From Antedon mediterranea (lineage: Eukaryota; Animalia; Echinodermata), in contig NC_092675.1 of the NCBI RefSeq assembly GCF_964355755.1, forward strand, positions 29,360,912-29,424,911: 64,000 nucleotides of DNA, in the 5' to 3' direction. How positions within the stretch are numbered: position 1 is the stretch's first letter; every line of letters begins with the position of its first letter. The position numbers and the translations under genes were made by a program. The notes under the pieces were generated by a model, which saw only the letters and a program-made list of their open reading frames with translations, searched no databases and had not been told where the DNA came from. Shown here piece by piece: positions 15,008-28,050 of the stretch.

Positions 15008-15489
15008 TTATGAGCCAAATCAGAGTTACGTTACAGTTTCATAATACAGTATGATGGTCAAGCAAGTAAATTAAATATTATACAGGTTAACAATCGTATC
15101 CAAATTTATGAATAATGAATGAATAATTGAAAGTTAATGACCTGTGATCGAGAGAATGAGGTGAGCCTTTTATACGAAGCAAGGATAAGTTGAGGTGGTA
15201 GGCAAAAACATGGAAAACTAGAGAATCAACAATCTAATATATTACACAATTTTTAACATGGTGTAAAACTTGTTTTGATTTAGTTTGTTTATGTTTCTTA
15301 ACAGTGTATATTAATACTCAATGATTTGACAAACTAAATTCCGCTATGGCATGGCGTCGCTACCAAATTCCATACATTTGGTAGCGAAGTCATGGTTTTG
15401 AACAGAGTGGCATTGAAAGAATTACCACACAATTCCCTGCAAGTGTACTGTGTGAAGTAATACTGTACAGTACTTTATTTTATTTAATA

Positions 15490-16003
15490 TAAAGCTTGGT
15501 TCCCACTAAGGATGCACCGCAAGGTTGTAAGCCCAGCGAAATCAAAATTGACCAATAAAAAAGCAATAGTTTAAATAGTCGGCTTTACCACGTTGAAACA
15601 CCGGTTCTTGTCAGATCACCGAAGTTAAGCGACGTTGGGCCTGGGTAGAGCTTGGATGGGAGACCATCTGGGAATAACGGGTGCTGTATACGGAGCTGGG
15701 GTCCCGTTAGGCATTTGAAATCAGCACTGCTGACTCTTATGCAGCCCCTGCATCTAGTATCTGCCTCAGACCTCTGGTCAAGGTGGGCACTGGACGAGAG
15801 AAGCCCTTGATCAATGTTAGGACCAATCAAGGTGCTTTAAACAGTCCTGGCTTTATTTGTATCAAACCTGTTAGTGGCAGTAATTATCGCTGTTGGTTTC
15901 GATTGAATAAAATAAAATATAAAAAAAAAATAAATAGTGTATCACTTTTGATTGGGTTGCGGCTTAGGCCCGTGCGTTGCGTCCTAGTGGGAACCAAGCT
16001 TTA
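15490..16003. mobile_element. MITE (PIF/Harbinger-like TAA/TTA ends) interrupted by a SINE
   Basis: Perfect 19-bp inverted ends TAAAGCTTGGTTCCCACTA / TAGTGGGAACCAAGCTTTA. Confidence 0.8.
15580..15930 (+). mobile_element. 5S rRNA-derived SINE (SINE3-like)
   Basis: 15580-15690 resembles 5S rRNA (accacgttgaaacaccggttcttgtcagatcaccgaagttaagcgacgttgggcc...cttggatgggagaccatctgggaata.cgggtgctgta). It is followed by a ~210-bp unrelated body, AATAAA and an A-rich tail. An 8-bp TSD TAAATAGT lies at 15572-15579 and 15931-15938. Confidence 0.8.
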
Positions 16004-16397
16004 GGCAGTGAAAAATACTTGGAACTAAAACAATAAATTTGCTTCAGGAATCAATTAGTTATAATCTATGGCTTTGTCATATTGGAGTTTGATTTCCTGC
16101 TTGTATGAAAACCATAAGAAGTTGTTTCCGTGTTGGGCCTGACGTTTGTTAACTGAAGTATGCTATTACAGGGCTAACACTATTTTTTCTGCTTTTAAAA
16201 TAATTCAAATTACACATTTTTCTAAAGAATTAAAATTCTTATGTATTCTATAGCTTAATGTAATTAAATTGTTGTTGCTAATATTTTATTTTCTGCTACT
16301 GTATAAAGAGTGTTTAAGTAAATAGCTTCTGTATTCATATATATTGTCTAATTTATAAAACCATATCCAAGGATTTCATTCATCTAATCTAGTCATT

Positions 16398-16447
16398 GCA
16401 TGCCAGATGAAGATTTGTTGAAAACAAGTCGAAACGTCACACATGTA
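16398..16447 (+). ncRNA. Degenerate minimal type-I hammerhead ribozyme (Penelope-like element remnant)
   Basis: gcatgc-CAGATGA-a-gatttgtt-gaa-aacaagtc-GAAAC-GTC-acacatgta. Stem II pairs, but the core reads CAGAUGA instead of CUGAUGA. Confidence 0.5.
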
Positions 16448-18015
16448 CTTTACGTATTCATGAATGATTTAACCTAAAGAATTATATACAGATATTCATT
16501 CATCTATATCAGAGACTAGACAATACAGTACGGTTCGGTTATTGTCTTTTGTGTATTTGACTGGTCACTCATAAACACCTCATGCTGCTCACATCAGCGA
16601 GGAGTTTAGGTGGTAAATTCTGCTTATTATTAATCGGCTCAAAACAGCTCAGTTGAATACGCCTACCGTATGTTAAAAAGCTCCTCACAGTTCCATAAAG
16701 TGAAGTCAATCATCATTTATTACTACCATATTTGGGCACATCACACTTTTTTGTCGCATAAAGTTTGATGATAGTGTAGACAAAGTTTTAGCAGGCCATT
16801 ATTATTTTTGCAAGTATTTTATATAATGTACCCTGTCAGTCAAGGTTGAGAGGAAATGAGGTTAACGTCCTTGACTTGCATCCTGGTTAGATGTTTGATT
16901 CAATAGGTCTTACCTGACTTTTTTGGTCAAAAGATAAAGATTTAAAAATTTTCTGCTGCGAGGAAATAACTGGCACTATAGTATAGTATGCTATAAGTAT
17001 TTGAAAAATATTAAGACAGTTTTTAGCTACAAATTTGCAATATTTGATGTTGGAGGTTCATAATCATAATTCATAATTCTTAATATTATGATGAACACTG
17101 ATAACGTATTGGATCATATGTTCCTATAAGATTAAAATTAATTTTATACTGTACTGTACAGTAACTTTAATTCCAATTTACTGTAGATCCTGACAATTTC
17201 CCCCTCCCCTCCCCACAATTTTAAAATTCTGGATCCTCCACTGGTACTATTAATACTACCAGTTATTTCGGTGGAATCGGCAACTCTTCAATTATATTTA
17301 TATTTATGTCAAAATAGTGAATACTACTTTGTTATGCAACATCTTTCATATAGTAGAATTTAATTAGATAATTCAGTTACCAAGATGATTGATAGCATAT
17401 GACATTATTGATGATGTAATCACACTTATTAAAAGATGAATGTTAAAATTTGAAGTGCTAAATTAATTATAATATAGAATTGTTCTTGGAAAAGGATTAT
17501 AAATGTTGGATTAGAACTATGGAATATATTATATTTAAATGATCTTTCAGGGCCCACCCACGCCACTTTAATTAATAATTTCTAATTTTGTAACTTAGAA
17601 TTAATCAAATATTAAAATTAAAATTGAATTATTGATTGATTGATTGATCACTTTCAGAATAAAAATTATATACAACAAACAATAACAAAATAAGAAAAAC
17701 ACACTAAAATATAAAATAGTATTTTCTACCATTTAGTGAAGAGATTTCAAAATTTATTTTATGCCCAATTTTAGAAAAACAAAATTTCTGATGGATGTTA
17801 ATAATAGATTACTAAATAAATAGAAATAATAAGTTGCGTTGCGTCCAAAATGATAACTAAGCTTTAGACTCACAGTAATCTGAGTATAGTACGGACATGT
17901 AGTAATTGAGAAGAAACATGGATGTACTGTACTTTTAACATCAATTGATCAAATACAATTTGTGTAGGGCAATATCCTGCATCTTTTAGTATGTACTGAA
18001 ATATATACAGTAACT

Positions 18016-18182
18016 AAAGCTCTGTCTACACTATCAAACTAGATTGACAAACAAAGTGTGATGTGCCCAAATATGGTGGTGATATGCCCAAATATGGTAG
18101 TGATTAACATCATCATGTCCATATAGGGACACATCACATTTTTTTGACACATAAAGTTTGATATAGTGTAGACAGAGCTTTT
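18016..18182. mobile_element. ~170-bp MITE, same family
   Basis: aaagctctgtctacactatcaaact ... agtttgatatagtgtagacagagcttt. Confidence 0.85.
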
Positions 18183-18496
18183 ATACTGTATGTATGGATA
18201 TTAAAAGTAATAAATATAATTGACCTAATAATTATATGTTGTGTTTAAAAACAAGCTATTATAATTTCCTGAATTGGTCAGTTGATCTGTATTTGGGAGA
18301 AAAACAAAATCTTGATACCGATAAAACCTGTAGGTGTGGAATTAGTAGGTTGTTCTTTGCTGCAATTTACTAGACCATGAGTTATGTACTGAATTAGATA
18401 GAGCTTAAGAATTTATATATTACACTCCTTGACTAATACTCATATCTAATGGTGTTTTGAAATGATTACCGTATTCACAAGTCACACAGGTCTATA

Positions 18497-18643
18497 GCTC
18501 TGTCTAAAATATCAAACTAGCTTGACAAAAAAAAGTGTCTAAATATGGTAGTGATATGCCCAAATATGGTAGTGATATGACATCATCATGTCCATATGAG
18601 CACATCACATTTTTTGTCGTTTGATAGTATAGACAGAGCTTTA
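18497..18643. mobile_element. MITE, same family
   Basis: gctctgtctaaaatatcaaact ... tttgatagtatagacagagcttta. Confidence 0.8.
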
Positions 18644-19869
18644 ATTAATACTTTAGGTCAAATTATAATTAACTCATTTCAATTCAACATCAACAAGGTA
18701 CAAATTACAAAACAAAGTCCTCACTTTTGCCCCTCTAATAAACATACAAATAAAAGTATAACATTAGGTACAATTAACATAAACAAAACAAGTACATGGT
18801 ATTAGCAAATTACAACAGACTGGTTTATTTAATATACATCAACAGCCAATTTACAGGATTTCTTAAACAGTAACATTTTAGAATAATATAATTACAATAT
18901 TACAAATAAATAGTATTGTACAAATCAAAACAAATAAGCTATATATATTTCAACATTTAATTATGTCGTCAAGAACCTTTTGCTTTTGAATAAATTTTAT
19001 TTAAATTAGAAACTTCGAACAAAACAATTATTCATACACTTGAATGGAGCATATTGTGAATTATATTTCTATTAAAGAAAGCATACTAAAATGAAATTTA
19101 TAAATAATAATCTTTTATTGTATATTGACTTTATAGAATTAAATTTATTTTGCATATTTGTACCATCTTAGACATAAATAGCCGTAGCAGCATGCTCTAA
19201 AGCCCATTATTAATTTTTATTGTAAAACGCTGTTGATCGCTAACAGTAGGCTATAGCCGTTGTAAGCTAACAGTAGGCTTTAGCCGTTGTAAACCTACTA
19301 TAGACTACTGTATCTACTCTACTGTATATTGCCTATTATGGTAGTATGAATTATGAATTATGAATTATAAAATTTTGCTTTTAGTTTAGAAATAATGGGT
19401 CAAAGAATTGCCTAAAAAGATTGTTTTTTGGCACAAATATAAACAAATTGCGCTATTATCTGACTGGAATTTAGGAACTCTAAAACCTATAATAGTAGTA
19501 GATTAGGTACTATTACTATTAGGTTTAAAAACACAAGGGTGCCTTTTTTGGGAATGACTATTTCTAGAAAATGGAGATATTTGATAAAATATGTCTTTTA
19601 GACCAATCTCAGTTGAATCTTGTCATCATTCTAGTCACTAATAGGTCAAAATATCTGTCTGTAATTGTAAAGGTATTGGCTAGTTATGATTGTAAACGCA
19701 CCAAACAAAATTAATAAATATGTTAAATAATTTCATCATGTAATAATTAATTTTATACGGTAATGTATTAATTTTTGTTGTTTTTTAATATGATTCTTTA
19801 CTAGCCCTAGGGTGTGATTAGTGGCTAAGTATAACATGTTTTACTACCCTGGAGATTTAATTTTTTTGC

Positions 19870-20046
19870 TGCCCTGGATAAAAATGTTCAGCATAATTAT
19901 TGCTGGCCTAGATAAAAATGTTCAGCATGATTATTGCTGGCCTAGATAAAAATTGTCAGCATGATTATTGCTTGCCCAGATAAAAATTTTCAGCATGATT
20001 ATTGCTAGCCTAGATAAAAAATGTCAGCATGATTATTGCTGGCCTA
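19870..20046. repeat. ~34-bp tandem repeat, ~5 copies
   Basis: cagcatgattattgctggcctagataaaaatgtt repeated. Confidence 0.85.
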
Positions 20047-20177
20047 ATAGCAGTTCTTTTTTAAAATGAAGACCTGCATAGGTGATCCTCTTTAAAAATG
20101 GTTAATAAAAATAAAATAAACGTGGGACATAAATTATTTAGCTTTGAATTTAATTTCAAGTTAATCCCAGCTTTCAT

Positions 20178-20770
20178 AAATTTACCATTATTTCTAAACC
20201 AAATTTTGGACAGATTTAATATCCTTATTATTTATTATTTATTCACCAGCCTACCATTTTGCAGACACAAATCAAAATGTCTAAAAAAATGTGAACAAGC
20301 AAGAGTACTTTAATTGTTGAAATTAAAGAAAATATATTTGCATAATACAAAACTGGCAATTTAGCAAGAATACACTTTGGTTTGTTACTGAATAATTAGC
20401 AAATGAATATGTATCTAATCATAATCAAAATATTCTTCCCATTCAACTCATATATACATTTATGTTCTAGCCACTTTACCATTTTCTTATAAAGATTTTG
20501 TAGAACCACCTTAATAATTATCATTATTTCTAAACCAATTTTTAACAGATTTAATATTATTTATTATTTTATTCACCAGCCTATCATATTGCAGACATTA
20601 TCAAAATGTCTAAAAAAAAACATACAAAACTGGTGAAATTGGTCACACAACACAAAATTGGTAATCAATTAGGATACGCTTTGTTGTGTTACTGTATAAT
20701 ATAGAAAATTAATAAGTACAATTATCATTATACTCATCAAAATATTCTCCCAACTCATAAACATTTATCA
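20178..20770. repeat. Diverged ~340-bp tandem duplication
   Basis: cattatttctaaacca...cagatttaata...attcaccagccta...gcagaca...caaaatgtctaaaaaaa occurs at ~20185 and ~20522. Confidence 0.75.
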
Positions 20771-21432
20771 TTTGTATAAATTCTATTAAACAAAAATCAA
20801 TTGATATTCCAAATGAATTGCTTATGGAGAGTTCACCTTCCAGAATTAGCATACTAATAAAACGGCCAAGTTTCCTGATGGCTTTATGAATATCAATTGT
20901 GTGGCTTTGACTGTTAATTTACAAACACACCGTATAATAACAAAACTGGTGGGAATATACGAGTCAATACAATATTATCAAGGCTGCCTTACTCGTCTAA
21001 TTTCACGCCGCCATTGTCTGTTTCAGTTAGTTGCTATGGTTACTGTTGACCTACGGATTAATTATCCCAGTAGCTGCTGGTATAGCACATCATTTAAAGT
21101 TTAATGTTAATGCAGATCATAAATTTAACAAAATAAAATTGCAAATTTGATTCAATAGTTGAAAACACTTTGTAATAAGTGAATATTAAGTTTAAGTATA
21201 AGTAAGCAACATTTGCTTTGAAGAATTTTCTGAAATCACATAATTTAGAAATAATATGATAATAATAATAATTATTCATATAATATTATGTACTAAATTA
21301 ATTTGTATTATTATTTATACCATTATCCATAACACATACTTTTTATATTTCTTTAATTTTTAATTATATAACATTAAAGAACAGGAAGGACAAATAAAAA
21401 CTGAATCAGCTATATTTCCTACACACACCTTA

Positions 21433-21598
21433 AGCTCTGTCTACACTATCAAACGTTATGTGACAAAAATACCATGAGCCTATATACTTGGATATGATGA
21501 TGGCATATTACTACCTACCATATATGGGCATATAACTACCATTTTTGGATACCTCACTTTTTTTGTAAAACTAGTTTTATAGTGTAGACAGAGTTTAA
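21433..21598. mobile_element. MITE, same family
   Basis: agctctgtctacactatcaaac ... tttatagtgtagacagagttta. Confidence 0.8.
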
Positions 21599-23312
21599 CA
21601 GAAGAGATGGTGCACTCTACAGGTGGATTTCCCATTTCTTGCAACATGACAGAATTCCACATTTATCATGATGTTTAATTGAGATTGAATATTTAAAGCA
21701 TATGTAGTAGGTGTTATGGTTATACCATTATTCAAATTTGTCATGATTGTTTTACCAAACATTGGAAAAATATAAAAATGGTTTACGGTATTGTCCATAA
21801 GTATGGGAAAGATGTTCAACAATATTAATACTGGTATTCAACTAGTATTATGATTATGAGTAATAAACTGTGATATAGTTCATTGTAAATAAAGACATTA
21901 TAATCATTTTATGATAATGATTGTTATAATTAAAATGATGAAGCTGGAATAATGGTGAATTTACCACAAAAGAGAGAAAAGAAAATAAAACATTTTACTA
22001 CAGTGGTTTGGCTACACACACACAAAACACATATTGGTTTATTCACCTAATTATAATCTTTTCACTTATAATACATTGGTTCCTTAGTTACTATATCAAT
22101 GTTGCAACACCTTAGGCAAATGCAAGTAGGCAGGAAAATACACACACTAAAGGCTGAGAGACTGATTCAATGGGAACAATAGCATTGTTAAAAGACACTG
22201 TTATTATGGTGTTACTGTATACTTGTGCATAGTATAGGAATACTGTATATAATTAATTACTGTATGTATTACCTAATGAACTTCAAAATAAGCCTATTTT
22301 ATTATAGAAGAAAAATAAAAGAACAGAATTTAATTGAGATGGTTCCCAGTATTAAAAATTATTCAGGTATTAATAAATGATAAATTACAGTATATATTAT
22401 TATACAGACACAAGTATTAGAATATTTTTGGCATTGTCTCAATGTTTGTGCCATTCCTTTAGGCTACTAATATCAGACATTATACAGCAGAAGAAAAGGG
22501 AAACTATGGAGCGCCAGAAGTGCCTTTAATTGAACGGTTTGCATTAATAATTAAAGTAAAGTTTGCAATTATAATTCAATAAGTAACTTCTTTTTAGACT
22601 ATACCCTCCGTTTTTTTAATAGATATTTTTTGCCTACAAATAATAATGTATGGTATCTTTATAATGTACAGTACAGTTAGTACAGTAATAGAGCATGTAG
22701 ATGACTACCACAAATTATATATTGTCACTCTGTTTTTCTTCACATCATATCTTATTTTTCTTCTAATTGGAAAATGTCAAAACTACATCAGTCATATGTT
22801 TATTTTGTCAATTTTCCCTGCCTTTGTTATGTTGTGAAAATGATTAAGATAGACTTGCAGTAGATTTAAAATGAAAAATTGATAATTACAAGATTTTCAA
22901 CCCAAGACTGATAATATGATTATAAAATGCAAAATTATATGTCGTAAAAATTTATGCATACCATAACATTTTAAAATGGTTTATTATTGTCTGATTTTAA
23001 ATGTTTTCATATTATAAGCCCTATACAAATATGAGTCCATTTTCTACTCCTCAACTTTTAGTAATTTGAATTTGATTCATGTGTGTAATTGCTACTTAGT
23101 ACATTGTATCCCTCCTTACCATCAGTATGTGCTGATTAACCTATCTACACCTAAAACATGAAATGTTATAGTGTAGATACAGTAGCACTAATGTGTATTT
23201 AATATATTATCATGTTATGTTTTTTTTCTTAAGTAGTAGTATTCCCAATAATTATTGACAAATGATATAGGTGAAATACTGCCACTGCCACAACAAAAGA
23301 CTCTTTAATGTT

Positions 23313-23966
23313 CAGCCCACGAAATTCAGAAAAAAGAAGGTCGGCAAAAAATTGCCGACCTTAAATTCGCCAAGGTCGGCAGTCTCGGCAGTTCTAAAAA
23401 TAGAAAATTCACCCCAAGCAAGGCCTAAACCTCTTGCTAACCTAAAAGGCCTAGCTAGGCCTAGCCTCCCTAGCTATATGTTATGCAAAAAGAACTAGCA
23501 AAATTAACTAAAATATAAAAACCTAACACTAAAATCTACAAGATAAATTCTATTTGATAATTAATTGCTGAACATCATGGTTCTGGAGCTAGCCGTACAC
23601 AGAGCATAGTTGCTTGCTTGGCATAACAGGGTATTCCCCTACACAGGTCTGTGGCGCGCAGCGCTGTGCCCAGCCAGCTTGGTTGATAGGAAAGCATGCA
23701 GCTCACACACAAAATGATGTAATGGTTGAGTGAATTCAGGGATCATCTTAATTCCATGGTTTGTTAACTAAACACAACATGGTGGTGAATATGCCTGTTA
23801 AAATTTCAATGATACGATCCCTTAAAGTACCATGTTGTTGCTAGGAGGCTTGAAAGGAGGGATCTAGCCTAGTTTCTAGGTCGGCAATCTCTTGCCGTCC
23901 TCTGACAATTTAAGGTCGGCAATAAGGTCGGCAATTGCCGATTGCCGACGTGAAATTCGTGGGCTG
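23313..23966. mobile_element. Non-autonomous TIR element with apparent 6-bp TSD
   Basis: CAGCCCACGAAATTC ... GAAATTCGTGGGCTG, subterminal gtcggca/tgccgac repeats, flanked by AATGTT on both sides. Confidence 0.8.
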
Positions 23967-24175
23967 AATGTTGTTGATTGATTGCTTGCCTGAAAGTAAT
24001 AAATAGATATAGCTAATACGTGGGTTTAGGCTCCTAACATAAGTATTGTCATGTGAGTTGATGTTATTAGTTGTAGTAATTGTTGTTTCATTCTATTTCA
24101 ACTGTCTTGCTATTTAATTAAGATTGTCATAAATACGATAAAATAACAAGATTGTAGTAGACAGTTTATATTATA

Positions 24176-24450
24176 GATGTACTGTACATCTACTAGATTG
24201 TTGAATAGATGAAGCAAAGTGATGCCAAAAGGAGAGAGATTGAGTAAAATACAGTGTGTGCGTTTAACGTAGGGGTATTGCGTATAAATTGATGTACTGT
24301 ACATCTACTAGATTGTCAACTAGATAGAAGAAAGGTGATGCCAAAAGGAGAGAGATTGAGTAAAATACAGTGCGTGTGTTAATACATTGGGGCATTGACG
24401 TATTATGTATAAATTGATCTACTGTAGGCCTACATCTACCATATTGTCAA
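24176..24450. repeat. ~115-bp tandem duplication
   Basis: gatgtactgtacatctactagattgt...gtgatgccaaaaggagagagattgagtaaaatacagtg occurs twice, plus a partial third copy. Confidence 0.75.
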
Positions 24451-27400
24451 CAAGCAAGGTGAGCAAATACAGTAGGTGCGGGTATAAATTGGGCATTGGC
24501 TGCATATTCCTGTGTCTTCCATACGTATAGAATCCTTTTTTCAACTTTGTCCTATAAGTCTGCTCTCTAGACAGTCTAATATTGATAATACCTCAAAGTT
24601 TATCTTCAACCATAAAAGCTTTTAACACATGTAAAACTACTTTAGATATTACCAGGTCATAGATCATAACTTCACATACACCACAAAGTAGACACATTGT
24701 TAAAAAAACAAAAACTCAATTTTGAATTACAATAATAATAGACATGAAGTTATTTCAATATTGCATATTGTTCTACAAAACTTACTGTAGAAGCCTAAAA
24801 GTTGATTTAATCTATAGATTGGCAGCAGTGTACTGTTAACTAATTCATGGACAATATACTTAAACTTAAAAAAGGTACACTAAAAGATATCTAATTCAGG
24901 ATTTTGACAAACACTGACGAAATTCTACAAAAAATACCATTCTTATAGACATTAACACAGGAAAATTGTACTGTAACATTGATTTTTAACGAAGTCCACA
25001 AATTGGGACATAATTACATCCGATTAGTTAATAGAATGCATGACGCACCCCTGGTAAACAGTGAATTACCAATTGCGCAGGGTATTTTGTGATGAGTTTA
25101 AAACGCATCAAGTCCGTTAAAAACGCAACAAATCTGTTAAAATTTGTCAAATTCGTTAACATTATGTAAACCTCCCAAAATTGTTAATCTTTTTCACAAT
25201 GTGATTATATTCAATATTATACTAATATCACCATATGTTTACATCCATTCACAATTATAAACCGCTTGCAACCTTGTAACGTGTAACAATTAATATTGAT
25301 GGTCAGTTCCTTTTAATTATATGATTAGTGGTCAGTGTTGTGCTTAAATGATCTAATAAGTACATGCTGTCATAAATTAAATCATCAGATAACTTACTTA
25401 TTCGCCAAGCAGTCAAGAGGTTTTGTCAGACATCAAATGCTGCATTTGTGTCTTCAACATTTATTGAAATATAAAACAATATTACAGTAAAAAATATGTT
25501 TTACAGTATATACACCTAAGATAAAGATATTAAATTATTTTTTTTAACCTAGCTGGACAAAAGGTTTATCTACCTAATATAATTCTATGTGGTCACTCAG
25601 TGCTATTATTAGAAATGGACATCGATGTCAATGGTGGAAGTGATCTTAATATATGAATCTCAGGATGAATCTTTTCAATACTGAGATTCATTACATTTTG
25701 AGTTTAGATTTATTGCACCAGTCAAGAATCAGTATGGATGTTTAAAAGTCAAAGGTCAATTTTGAAAAAATACAATCTGTTAAATTAAACACCTATGAAT
25801 CAAAATTTTGTATTTGTGCAGTTTTATTTGTGATTATTAATTTTTTAAATTTTTTTCATTTCATTTAATGTCAACTACATCCAATAGCCAGAAATCGCCA
25901 ATTATAGGATATAATATTAAATAACCCTTAATCCAAATTCTGTAACAGAAATCCAAATTCTACATGTACATTAAATAACTACAAATGCAAAGTGTAATTC
26001 TCCAGTGCAGTTTGATGCAATGATAATAATTAAACTCTATACACAATGATTCCTATAGGGATTATGTTAAATATGTTAATCTTTGTTTTGATTACATATA
26101 GCAATATTTAAGTTTCATATTATTTACATAATTTTTGTTTTTGTTTTCTTTTTTTCCATTTATTTATTTTCCACACATTGAACAAAAAAGAAAAGATATT
26201 TATACTTTGAAAAAAAAAATTCTATTAAAAGCAACAATGAATAGGGTTGCCATACTTCAAAAAAAAAAAAAAAATGGGCTTGTATGAAGGTAAAAATCAA
26301 TTATCAATTCAATTCAATAAAACTAAAATAGCTATGAATATTAAAACATAAATTAAGAAAGAGCTTGAGGCTTAAAAAATATATTAATATCACTATCGTA
26401 TAATACCACTGACTCATGTTTGTTTTCTTATTTTTCATCATGACAGTGTTGTTAATATAGTTCGTTCAGCAGAAATGTAGACAAGATGACGTTTTTGCTA
26501 TCTATCACAGTGTACATTAAAGATGTATTATCCCCCAAAATCATGAAAGATAAAGATTTATAAAATCAGACTTTTGATAGCCCATTTTGTAGTTTTAATG
26601 TTAATACTTCTATAGAAAAAACCAACAAAAATAATTGTGATATGTAACTACAAACAATTAGTATTATTAGTTTAATTTAAACAGGGAGATGTACAATAAA
26701 TTGTACATCTTCCTGATTTGAAAGACATGAAAATAAATTTAAATCATGTATTAATTTTAATAATATTACATTTCATGTTGGTCATCTAAAGAGCAGCAGC
26801 TTGTAAATGTAATTAAAATCTAATAAACATTGTGACCAATTCTCATAACATGTTATTATTAACTACTACAATACTGCATATTCTATTATGTTATTGTTAA
26901 GCCGGTTAACTTCTGTTTTCAGTCTCCACGGAGCAGAAATCCTCATGAACATTGATTTAAAATTCTAAATAGTCTATTTTACATCATTTACATGTGGAAT
27001 GTTCCATTTTCTGACATGGATATTTTCTATATAAAAAATACTAATTTAGCTTCTGTATGACAATTTTCTAGGTTTCCCACAAATATTATGTTAATTATTT
27101 GAGTGAGAATACAAAATCAAGGTTATATAAATGTCAAACAACCATAGGCCTATATAGACATTACTATCAAATTGGTTTACTACATTTATAATTATTACTA
27201 AATTGATAAATATTATTAAAACATTTATTTAGTATTCATTTTATTTGAAAGACAAATAAAGAGAAATTAGAACAAGGGGTGTATATTTCACACATGTATG
27301 TTGTTTTGGTAATTTTATTTATTTTTTATTTTTATTTAATTCATTCAAAATATAGATAATAATTAAATCTAAGATTACAAAACCATAATATAACATAAAT

Positions 27401-27649
27401 TAAAAGATGTCAATTCTGTTAAAAAATCAAAATCAAACTAATACAGTAAGTTTCTTTCATTTGACCAGTTTTAAAATAAAGCAAGATTAAAGGAGATTTA
27501 TCCAGTTACAGTGGATTAGATGAAAGGGATTATATCAAAGGTTTAAATGAATAATTATTATTTTATTATTCATCTTGAATTGTAGCAACATAGTCGGTTG
27601 TAAAATAATTAGGATGACAATTTGTGAGAAATATCATTTGAACCAGGCA

Positions 27650-28050
27650 TTGTGAAAATGTAGCAAAGTGGAGTGCCTGGAAATTGTGAATTGTACAACC
27701 CTGGGAGCAGTGATGGAGACCCTGGGAATTGTTGACTATGAAAAATATAGCAAAGGATAGAGAGCCTGGAAATTGTGAATTGTACAACCCTGGAGAGTAG
27801 TAATGGGGACCCTGGGAATTGTGAAGTATGGAAAATGTAGCAAAGGATGGAGAGCCTGGAAATTGTGAATTGTACAACCCTGGAGAGTAGTAATGGGGAC
27901 CCTGGGAATTGTGAAGTATGGAAAATGTAGCAGAAATTGTGAATTGTACAACCCTGGAAAGTGGTGATGAGGACCCTGGGAATTGTTAACTATGGACAAT
28001 TTGGAGAGCCTGGGAAGTCTGAATTGTAGGACCCTGGATAGTAGTAATGC
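27650..28050. repeat. ~90-bp tandem repeat, ~4.5 copies
   Basis: gcctggaaattgtgaattgtacaaccctgg...gaccctgggaattgt recurring. Confidence 0.85.

Noticed and set aside
15580-15690. Functional 5S rRNA gene
   Set aside because: 5'-truncated, carries multiple substitutions, lacks an oligo-T terminator, and continues into a tailed element with a TSD.
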